Shown here: in pieces, positions 9,954-18,031 of the stretch
How the letters are laid out: every line of letters begins with the position of its first letter
Position numbering within the stretch: the stretch's first letter is position 1
Assembly: GCA_965214605.1 (NCBI GenBank)
Contig: OZ243961.1
Coordinates: forward strand, 4,096,001 to 4,160,000
Origin: an uncultured Candidatus Binatia bacterium
Lineage (GTDB): Bacteria > Desulfobacterota > Binatia > Bin18
Direction of reading: 5' to 3'
Length of the DNA stretch: 64,000 bases
Made by a program: the position numbers and the translations under genes
Notes under the pieces: generated by a model
The model's database searches: none
Seen by the model: only the letters and a program-made list of their open reading frames with translations
What the model was told of the DNA's origin: nothing

Positions 9954-10235
9954 ATGCTAAGCACAACGCAATGGAGCAAAGTCGCAGGTGCTAGCCTGGC
10001 CGCCCTGCTCGCAACGCCGTCACTCGGACACGCCCATGGCATAGGACTGGACGAAATGGCCCCTCCTGTAGTAACGGCAATCCTGCTTGGTCTGGCGTGT
10101 TACTGGCTGATGGTGCTGTGGCCCGCCGGGAGACACACTAAGCTCCCGTCGTTTGAGACGCCGGTCAGCGAAAAGATTCGGATCAAACAGAAGCCGCGCC
10201 TGCGGGTGGTGGAGAGGAGACTGGTCGATGACTAA
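9954..10235 (+). CDS. Small unknown membrane protein between xmoA and xmoB
   Basis: 93 aa; GAGG RBS; signal peptide GHA|HG, one TM helix and a basic tail. Starts 7 nt after xmoA and overlaps the xmoB start by 8 nt. Confidence 0.7.
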   Translation: MLSTTQWSKVAGASLAALLATPSLGHAHGIGLDEMAPPVVTAILLGLACYWLMVLWPAGRHTKLPSFETPVSEKIRIKQKPRLRVVERRLVDD

Positions 10236-11487
10236 GTGGGCGACCGGGCAGGTCCTGCTTGGCCTGATGCTTTTCGGCTGGACTGCCGTGATCGGTGTTC
10301 CTCAATGTTTTGCCCATGGCGAGGCCGCAGATGAGCCTTTCCTGAAAAACCTAACAACCGCGTTTTTCGACGTGTCGGTGTCTCCGACCGAAATTCAGGT
10401 CGGCGAGCCGGTCACTATCACCGGTAAGGTCCAGATCCTGGAGACCTGGCCGCACACGCTCTACCCCCCGGAAATCGCCTCTATCATGCCGGTGGTCCCC
10501 GGACCGGTGTTTCTGCTCAAGGAGCGAACAGTCAACGGGGAATCCTCAATCGGTTCGTTTTTTGTTGAAAAGGGTGGAATTTACGAGTTCCGCATGGTGC
10601 TCATCGGCAAAGAACCCGGCGAATGGCATGTACATCCTGGGATTGCCATCCATGGAACCGGAACGCTCATCGGCCCGGCTGAATGGGTCAACGTAGCGCC
10701 TAGCACAACCCCACTCGAATTTCCGGTGACCCTGCTGAGCGGTGAGACCATTGAACTGAGTAGTTACGGCGGAAGCTTCGTTGTCTGGTGGTCATTTCTC
10801 GGCTTTGGACTGGGTCTTGTCTGGATGTTGTATTGGACCCTGACCAAGAGAACCGTCACAAACCTAGCCGTGACCCTCCAGATTCCCCCTAACGATGACG
10901 CGCCTGATCTGGGTCTCATTACCCCACGTGACCATATGTGGATGAACGTGATCGCCGGGGCTGCGCTCATCATGCTGGTAGCCGGCTGGACCTATGCAAC
11001 GACGAGCTATCCGGTCAGATGGCCGCAACAGACCGACTGGTTCACGCCAGAATTGATCTCACCGGGACCGAAAATGGCCGAGGTGCGGGCTACCGGGGCG
11101 ACGTTTGATGAGGGGACCGAGACGCTAGAGATGGACGTCCGGGTCACGAACGTTGACGACAGCCCGATCACAGTGAAGAAATACACGATGGCAATGGCCA
11201 GCTTTGTCAACGGTGGCGAACAAGAACAGGCCGCCGCGGGACCGCGCGATTTTGTCGGGACCCTCAACGTCGCCCCCAACGTTCCGATCGAACCGGGCCA
11301 GACTCAAGAGCTGAGTCTCAGCATTTCGAGCGCCTTGTTCGGCACCGAACGCCTGATTCCGCTCAGCGCCCCGCAGCAATATATCGCCGGTGTCTTCCAG
11401 TTTGAGAACTCAGACGGCGAGCAGGAGTTGGTCACGGTCCGCTCAGGCCTCATCCCAACCCGCTTCACCCCCCAGTATCTGCCCTAG
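10228..11487 (+). CDS. pmoB: Copper membrane monooxygenase subunit B (divergent PmoB/AmoB)
   Basis: Signal peptide CFA|HGE (N-terminal His), EPFLK, PGPVF..KER, GEWHVHP (CuB His-x-His), two central TM helices and a second cupredoxin-like domain; GAGGAG RBS before ATG 10228. Confidence 0.92.
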   Translation: MTKWATGQVLLGLMLFGWTAVIGVPQCFAHGEAADEPFLKNLTTAFFDVSVSPTEIQVGEPVTITGKVQILETWPHTLYPPEIASIMPVVPGPVFLLKERTVNGESSIGSFFVEKGGIYEFRMVLIGKEPGEWHVHPGIAIHGTGTLIGPAEWVNVAPSTTPLEFPVTLLSGETIELSSYGGSFVVWWSFLGFGLGLVWMLYWTLTKRTVTNLAVTLQIPPNDDAPDLGLITPRDHMWMNVIAGAALIMLVAGWTYATTSYPVRWPQQTDWFTPELISPGPKMAEVRATGATFDEGTETLEMDVRVTNVDDSPITVKKYTMAMASFVNGGEQEQAAAGPRDFVGTLNVAPNVPIEPGQTQELSLSISSALFGTERLIPLSAPQQYIAGVFQFENSDGEQELVTVRSGLIPTRFTPQYLP

Positions 11488-11516
11488 GCCCACCGGTCGG
11501 GGAGGTCTGCATATCG

Positions 11517-12107
11517 GTGTGGATCGGCATCTTCCTGTCACTTATCTGGCCGACTGTGCTCCTCCTCGCACCGCTCCCACTGTGGGCGCACGGCGGGGTT
11601 GGGATTGAGCAAGACACGTGTGTCGAGCGAGCTGGTCCATCGTTGATTCATTTTGTTGCTTATCAACCCGAGCTGAGTCCAAGCCAAGAGTTCTGTACCC
11701 GCTTGCCCCAGGTCGGGAGCACGATCCTTGTTTTTGATTTGATTGACGAGGTCGTCCGCAAACGTCCGGCAAGTCTGCGGGTAGTAGAAACCGGTACTAC
11801 GGCTGAGCCCCGTACCCTGCTCCATATTCCGGCTCAAACATATCTGAATGGGGTGCTCAACGCCGAGCTCACATTTGACGAGCCGGGCCACTACGCGGCA
11901 GTGGTGACGCTGGAGAATCCGTATCAGCAGATCACATTTCCGTTTCGCGTTGGACGGTGGTCGGTTCAGCTCCTGGTGGTGCTCAGCGGCCTCGTTTGTG
12001 GCGCGCTTGGCGGCTATTTCTTCTTCCGGGGCAAAAAGAAGCCGCCGCAGCTTAGGCGGTTGAAAAGCTACCCCCCCTTTTCCTACTCGTCATCTCCCCA
12101 TACATAG
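11517..12107 (+). CDS. pmoD: PmoD/AmoD-like copper protein (copy 2)
   Basis: Signal peptide LWA|HGGVG, C-x7-L-x-H-x14-C motif, C-terminal TM helix, in the canonical position after pmoB. Confidence 0.8.
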   Translation: MWIGIFLSLIWPTVLLLAPLPLWAHGGVGIEQDTCVERAGPSLIHFVAYQPELSPSQEFCTRLPQVGSTILVFDLIDEVVRKRPASLRVVETGTTAEPRTLLHIPAQTYLNGVLNAELTFDEPGHYAAVVTLENPYQQITFPFRVGRWSVQLLVVLSGLVCGALGGYFFFRGKKKPPQLRRLKSYPPFSYSSSPHT

Positions 12108-12108
12108 A

Positions 12109-13821
12109 GTGCTTATGTCTCCGTCTCGTCTTCTGAAAGTGTCGATGCTGGTCCTGGTCCTGCTTGGCGCTGCGGTGTTTTTGCTGCCGCGTTCTTGGCT
12201 GCCGCAGACTGTCCAAGATTTGCTATATGCATCTTTCGGAGAATCCCCGTATCGACGTCCGCCGGACACTACAGACATAGAACTCGGCCTGGCTGAGCCG
12301 TTCTGCCCGGATCTTCACCCAGACTGGCGCCAACAGCAGGTCGTGGCCGGTATCACGATTGAGGAATCACTGGTGTGTGAGCCGGACAATCCGGCTGAGG
12401 TGGCCGCCTTTGTCAGAGGCACCAACAATGTACCGCTGGCAGTCCTCATGCAAACCCGGCTGACCCCAACGACGGTGGTCAAAGACGAGGACCGGGATGG
12501 AGACGGTGACCCTGACGTGATTCATATCCGTCTTGAAGTTGCCGAACTCAACGGTCGTTCGCCGGATATTCCGGATCCCTTTCCGCGCTATGCCATCGCT
12601 CCTGGAGTGCAGCCTGGGCTATGGGTCTTTGCTCCTAAAACACGCGGTATGGCGACCGAAAACTTTGACACCGACGTGGCCAACCCCAGCCTGCGTGCTC
12701 CGGCTCCAGTCATTCGTGTGGAACAGGGCGACCGCCTCCGGCTGACATTGGAAAACACCCATTATTTGCCCCATACAATCCATCTACACGGAGTCGATCA
12801 CCCCTTTGTCGACAGCAATGGCGAGGGCAATGATGGCGTCCCTATCGCCAGTGAACAACCCGTGCTTCCGGGCCAAAGTCGGACCTATGATCTGACTCCG
12901 CGCCAGACCGGCACTATGTTTTATCACTGCCATGTACAACCTAACGTCCATATTTTGATGGGCTTACAGGGGATGTTTGTGGTTGAGGAAAATCTGCCCA
13001 ACAATTGGGTACAGACGCTCAACCCAGGCGCCGGACGGGTGCGTTTTCCTTCGCAAGGTGTCCGCCGGACGTACGACCGCGAGTATGATCTGCACTACCA
13101 AGACCTGGATCACACTCTGCACGAGGTGATTCAAACGGCCAATGACCCCCGGCTGGTGGCCGAGGCCACCAGCCGCCGCTACGATATTACCGATCAGACG
13201 CCCGATTATTTTGTCCTTAACGGCCGTTCGTTTCCGTATACCATTCGGGAGTCCCTGGTGGTCGTCAAAACTAACCAGGACGTGAAACTGCGCGTGCTGA
13301 ACGGAGGGGCAGAGGGGATTGCTCTGCACACCCACGGCCACAAAATCAGGATTACCCATTACGACGGTGTGGAGCATAATCCGGCCGCCCAGATTACCCG
13401 CGATGTAGTCTGGCTAGGTCCCGCCCAACGGCTTGATTTACACCTGCGGACGGTCAACGATGGGCTCCACAACTACGGACCGGGCGTGTGGTTGTTGCAC
13501 GACCACAAAGAGAAAGGCGTGACCACAAACGGCATCAATCCGGGCGGTAATATCAGCGCGATTGTGTACGAATCTTTCTTGGCCGAAGCCGGCTGGCCGA
13601 AGACACAGGGCATGGACTGGACGCCATTTTTCAGCCAGGCCTACTATCAGAAGAAAGTCCCGGTCTGGAGCACCCTCGACGACTCGAGTCTGCTCGGTCA
13701 AGCCGCCAGCCGGACCCCGGGTTGGGGCCGTGCAGCGCTTCTTGGGCTGCTAAGCGGGCTCCTGCTCGGCGGGCTGGCGGCTCGGCTGCGCTCTGTGTTT
13801 CAACGTCCACCAAGGGGCTAG
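12109..13821 (+). CDS. Membrane-anchored two-domain multicopper oxidase
   Basis: Domain 1 has HTIHLHG and YHCHVQPNVHILMGL (T1 site complete). Domain 2 has LHTHGH and LHDH (no T1 Cys). Also a DxDxDG loop and N- and C-terminal hydrophobic segments. Start is GTG 12109 or ATG 12115. Confidence 0.85.
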   Translation: MLMSPSRLLKVSMLVLVLLGAAVFLLPRSWLPQTVQDLLYASFGESPYRRPPDTTDIELGLAEPFCPDLHPDWRQQQVVAGITIEESLVCEPDNPAEVAAFVRGTNNVPLAVLMQTRLTPTTVVKDEDRDGDGDPDVIHIRLEVAELNGRSPDIPDPFPRYAIAPGVQPGLWVFAPKTRGMATENFDTDVANPSLRAPAPVIRVEQGDRLRLTLENTHYLPHTIHLHGVDHPFVDSNGEGNDGVPIASEQPVLPGQSRTYDLTPRQTGTMFYHCHVQPNVHILMGLQGMFVVEENLPNNWVQTLNPGAGRVRFPSQGVRRTYDREYDLHYQDLDHTLHEVIQTANDPRLVAEATSRRYDITDQTPDYFVLNGRSFPYTIRESLVVVKTNQDVKLRVLNGGAEGIALHTHGHKIRITHYDGVEHNPAAQITRDVVWLGPAQRLDLHLRTVNDGLHNYGPGVWLLHDHKEKGVTTNGINPGGNISAIVYESFLAEAGWPKTQGMDWTPFFSQAYYQKKVPVWSTLDDSSLLGQAASRTPGWGRAALLGLLSGLLLGGLAARLRSVFQRPPRG

Positions 13822-13824
13822 CCT

Positions 13825-14688
13825 GTGGTGATCTTTTTCCTGGCTGTGTTTGCTGTCTGCGTATTTCCTGCGCTGGGTTTGAGCCAAGAAACCGCGCCAC
13901 GCGCGCCTCAGGTCCACACCGATCACCGAATGGATGCTGAGCCGCATGCCGATCACCGAATGGATGCTGAGCCGCATGCCGATCACCGAATGGATGCTGA
14001 GCCGCATGCCGATCACCGAATGGATGCTGAGCCGCATGCCGATCACCGAATGGATGCTGAGCCGCATGCCGATCACCAAGTCCATGAGCATCACGCTATG
14101 CGGCTGGACGCCTCAGGTATGGTTATGAATGAAAACACCGACGAACTGCCGCGAGGCTGTCCACGCATCGCTGGCGAACAACATATCACCGTCCGCGCCG
14201 GTAAGGAATTTGCGCGGGATTTTTCAGGCACGATGTTCACCTATGACCAGCGAGAGTGGGCGGTCGAACCGTGTACACAGCTCACCGTCAGCCTGATCAA
14301 TACCGATGAGGTTCGCCACCAATGGATGTTGCATGGTCTGCCCCGCTATCTGTATGACCAGGGTATGTTCACCCTGGAGGTCGCGGGAAAAGGTCAGAAA
14401 ACCGCCAGCTTTATCGTGCCGCCGGGAAGCAAGACGTATCTGGTCCATTGTGACGTGCCACACCATATGGAAAAAGGGATGAAAGCCCAGTTAAAGGTCG
14501 GTGGTGGGGATGGCGATTTGCCGAGTATCCCGGGGATTACCGGCCCCCGCCTGGAAGATCCCTATCTGTTTGAGTGGGGGTGGACAGGAATAGGGTTGAC
14601 CCTTGTTGGCGGGCTGCTTGGTCTAGTCCTAGCCAGCAGAGGACCGGGTCTGCTGCGACAGGTGCGGGTGAAACAAATACGCAAGTGA
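13825..14688 (+). CDS. Cupredoxin (type-1 copper) protein with His/Met-rich N-terminal repeat and C-terminal TM anchor
   Basis: Signal peptide, (DHRMDAEPHA)x5, HQWMLHG and HCDVPHHMEKGM (C-x4-H-x4-M). Confidence 0.8.
   Translation: MVIFFLAVFAVCVFPALGLSQETAPRAPQVHTDHRMDAEPHADHRMDAEPHADHRMDAEPHADHRMDAEPHADHRMDAEPHADHQVHEHHAMRLDASGMVMNENTDELPRGCPRIAGEQHITVRAGKEFARDFSGTMFTYDQREWAVEPCTQLTVSLINTDEVRHQWMLHGLPRYLYDQGMFTLEVAGKGQKTASFIVPPGSKTYLVHCDVPHHMEKGMKAQLKVGGGDGDLPSIPGITGPRLEDPYLFEWGWTGIGLTLVGGLLGLVLASRGPGLLRQVRVKQIRK
13921..14077 (+). repeat. Perfect 30-bp coding tandem repeat, 5 copies plus a partial copy
   Basis: GATCACCGAATGGATGCTGAGCCGCATGCC repeated exactly five times (13921-14070), then GATCACC. 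Confidence 0.97.
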
Positions 14689-14707
14689 AATTAAAAAGGA
14701 GGCCGTT

Positions 14708-15568
14708 ATGAAAGTAGGAATCTTTGAGTTCGCCATCGACCGGTCCGTCGATCCAGCCCTTGTGGCCAAGCGGACCGAGGAGCTGGGCTTCGCCTCGTAC
14801 TGGGTCCCGGAGCATCCGATTATTCCGATACAGACCACCTCACCCTATCCGGGCGCTGAGGACGGGATTATTCCGGACGAGTATGGGCGCATTCTCGACC
14901 CATTCGTGGCCCTGGCCAGGGCTTCGGCAGTCACTCGCACAATTGAGTTGGGGACCGGCATTTGCCTTATTCCTGAGCGGAATCCGCTGCTACTAGCCAA
15001 AGAAGTAGCGACCCTGGATAAGCTGTCGGGCGGCCGTTTTATTCTGGGGATTGGCGCCGGCTGGCTCAGAGAAGAAACCGAGATCATGGGCGGGGATTTT
15101 GCTCATCGCTGGAGCCAGACCAGGGACGGAGTCTTGGCTATGAAGGAGCTGTGGACCCAAGATGAAGCCGAGTATCACGGGAAGTTCTACGACTTTCCGG
15201 CCGTGCGATCTTTCCCCAAGCCGGTCCGGAAACCGCATCCACCGGTGTATATGGGTGGCTCGTCGAAGTATGTGTTCAAGCGTGTGGTGGAGTGGGGCGA
15301 CGGCTGGATGCCGGTCCTGTCGCCGCTCGAAGACATTAAGGCTGGTCGCCAACGCCTGAATGAGATGGCCGAACAGGTGGGCCGTGATCCCAAGTCTATC
15401 CAGGTGCTGGCCTTTGGTTTTCCCGGCAAATATCGGACCCGCCAGGAACTGGCCGAACTCCAGGACGCAGGCGTCGATCATGTCACCATCTGGCTGCAGG
15501 AGTGTGACAACGGTGAGGCCGCCGCGCTGGCCGAGTTGGACGGCCTGGCCAAAGAGGCCCTGGCGTAG
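14708..15568 (+). CDS. LLM-class (probable F420-dependent) oxidoreductase
   Basis: WVPEH, LDPFVALA, RNPLLLAKEVATLD.LSGGRFILGIGAGW and PKPVRKPHPP motifs. Confidence 0.88.
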   Translation: MKVGIFEFAIDRSVDPALVAKRTEELGFASYWVPEHPIIPIQTTSPYPGAEDGIIPDEYGRILDPFVALARASAVTRTIELGTGICLIPERNPLLLAKEVATLDKLSGGRFILGIGAGWLREETEIMGGDFAHRWSQTRDGVLAMKELWTQDEAEYHGKFYDFPAVRSFPKPVRKPHPPVYMGGSSKYVFKRVVEWGDGWMPVLSPLEDIKAGRQRLNEMAEQVGRDPKSIQVLAFGFPGKYRTRQELAELQDAGVDHVTIWLQECDNGEAAALAELDGLAKEALA

Positions 15569-17314
15569 CACACTTCTCAGTCCTTCTAGACCAGCCGCAC
15601 TGGGGAGAAACCGTTTGTCAGCGACTTGGCCGACCTCTTGGAGTCTTCTTGCCGCAAGGAGTCTCGGGACCGTCATCGCTTGTGTCCCTCTGCCAAGAGC
15701 GATGCCGGCCCGCACCTAAGGAAGAAGCGGCCCTCGCAAGGCTGGGTGAGAACGTTGTCTGAGCCTCTTACGCTCGCCGATAGGCATCCCCCATCCTAAG
15801 AGAACCTGCAGCAGCAAGGCCAGGGCGAGTAAAGCTTTTATCTGGCTTTAGGCCCGAGGTTTTTCAATTCCATGGCAGAGCTCGCTTTCCAATCTGTCGT
15901 ATCGGCTGTTTGATGCCCTCTAGTGCAGGCTTGCGCGCGGACACGGCCGTCACGTCGCAAAGGAGCCTATTGATGGTTGCTTCGGAGTCCCTTTATTGGG
16001 TCTTCAGTCTATCCGCCTGTTGTTGGGCTTAGTGCATCACCATGCGTTCGTGCAGTTTTTTCCGTAGGGGGACGATTTCGCGACCGCGCTGCGGATTGTT
16101 CTCGTGTCGACTGAGGAATTCATGAACGCTTGCAATATTGGCTCTTTGGTGTCGGTTGAGTCCTGCTAGATCTCCCGGTGTCTGTCTTGAGGTATTACTG
16201 AGCCTGCTAGATAGCCTCTTCGACCATCTGAGCTTGGGGCTTGCTAGGGTTCACACTGTTCAGCACCTCAAAGATGAGCTCGAAGTAGACAACGAATCCT
16301 ACCGGCCGTGATAATGATGTACCGGAAGGCTCTGCAGCGGCGAAAAAGTCGTTCCTCTTCATCGCGTTCCTTATACTTCTCGGGGCCAGCCGTCCCAGGG
16401 GGTGATTGCGCTTCGGCGGCACGATCGGAAACGTCCCGAACTCCCCCCCGCGATACCGAGTCACCGCGTCCGCAATAGGGGCGCGGTCCATCACCCCATA
16501 GTCGTCCACAGCGGAGTCCGGGCCAGCAGCTTACGACCCTCAGGCGCAGTGCCGGCCGGCCTGGGCGACACCGCAACACTGACGGCCAAATCAGCATCCA
16601 CAACAGGTCCCGCGGCACTTGTCGATGGTTTGCAGCCCATTTTTTACGTCCCCACCCCGGCCGCATGTCCTGGCTCTCCACACCACTTCCAGAGCCCTGC
16701 TCTAGCCCGTACAAAATCGCTGACAGTCCTGTCCGAGTGTCTACCTTGACGTTCCTCCGCTGAGGTGGGAGCAGCTCTATGTTCTCTCACATTGCTGCTG
16801 GGGAGGGGTCTCGGCGCTGAACCTAGCTCCTGTGGAGAATAGGATCCCCGGTCCTGGGCGCGAACGCAAACCGGATGGATCGCGACGCGGGCGGGATAAG
16901 ATATTGGGCCTATCCATGGCGCTTCTGGATTCCGCTCCATCCGGTCGCCTCAGCTTAGTCTACGGTCATAAGTTGGGGCCCTTGATCCCTTCGTGGCTCT
17001 TGCCAGGGTCGTACGCGACTTCTGCCGTCTAGCGGCTCAGCACCGCCCTTCCCTTTTTCAAAAATGAATTTCTGATGGTGTCAAATCAACGCCGAGACCA
17101 CTTGCTCCGCACTGCAAGCCCCGCTCCAACCATCGCCGAGGTGCATCATATCGTGGGCGGGGTGGCCTGCCAGAGGTTGCAGCCTATTCCCCCCAAAGCG
17201 TGACACAAGAGAGTGACCTCTCCCATTTTATGCCCTTGACATAGCCCGGCGGTGGGATAGATGAGAGGAGGACGAAGCGGGTTGTATCCGTTTCTCGCCA
17301 AAGGAGCCGTGACC

Positions 17315-17629
17315 ATGATCTATGAACTACGGACGTATCAGCTCGCGTTTGGCGGGCTGCCGGAATATCTGGAGGTGGCCAAAACAATGATTCTGCCCGG
17401 CGTTGCCGAGCATGGCCTTAAGCCGGTCGGATTTTGGTACACCGAGGTTGGTCAGCTCAACGAAGTCTGCCATCTGTGGGCCTATCAGGATTTGAACGAA
17501 CGCCAGGAGAAATGGGCTAAATGGGCGCGCGACCCTCGTCGCGCCGAGGTCGGCAAACGTCTGCGGGGAGTCATTCTCAGCCAGACCAATAAGATCTTAT
17601 CTCCGACTGAGTTTTCGGCCCTGCAATAA
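17315..17629 (+). CDS. NIPSNAP family protein
   Basis: MIYELRTY, GFWYTEVGQLNEVCHLWAY and ILSPTEFS motifs; AAGGAG RBS. Confidence 0.88.
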   Translation: MIYELRTYQLAFGGLPEYLEVAKTMILPGVAEHGLKPVGFWYTEVGQLNEVCHLWAYQDLNERQEKWAKWARDPRRAEVGKRLRGVILSQTNKILSPTEFSALQ

Positions 17630-17637
17630 GCCTACAG

Positions 17638-18021
17638 ATGGAAGCCCGCCTTGTGCTGAGAGATTGTCACTCTGCCTCGGGTCTGGGCGGTTTGCGGGTC
17701 TGGCGCCTGAGTCTGCCGCTCTCGTTGTTTGTCAGTCTGACCTGTCAGCCGCTGCCACCGCCCGATGTGTTTATCGGTTATGGGGAGGTGAAGCAGGTTG
17801 TTCACCACGATCAACGGGTGGTGATTGCGCATGAGGCGATCCCCGATTTTTTTCCGGCAAAAACGAGCAGTTTTGCCCTCCGCTCACCAGCCCTGGCCGA
17901 CGCCTGCGTACCTGGACAGCGCGTCCGCTTCACGCTGGAACGCACCCCGCAGACCCTCTATCTGATAGCGGTCCAAAACGTTCCCCTGGTCGCGCCGCCG
18001 GTAGAGCCTGACACCGATTGA
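17638..18021 (+). CDS. CusF-like periplasmic metal-binding protein (degenerate Met motif)
   Basis: G.GEVKQV..., VVIAHEAIPDFFPA.T..F and PGQRVRFTL match the CusF OB-fold pattern; possible lipoprotein (SLTC). Confidence 0.6.
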   Translation: MEARLVLRDCHSASGLGGLRVWRLSLPLSLFVSLTCQPLPPPDVFIGYGEVKQVVHHDQRVVIAHEAIPDFFPAKTSSFALRSPALADACVPGQRVRFTLERTPQTLYLIAVQNVPLVAPPVEPDTD

Positions 18022-18031
18022 ACAAAATACC

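Noticed and set aside
8217-11487. Calling the organism a methanotroph or ammonia oxidiser
   Set aside because: The subunits are strongly divergent and the window has no C1-assimilation or hao genes. Substrate cannot be assigned from family membership.
13921-14077. 30-bp repeats as a CRISPR array
   Set aside because: The units are directly adjacent with no spacers, are in frame within a CDS, and no cas genes are present.
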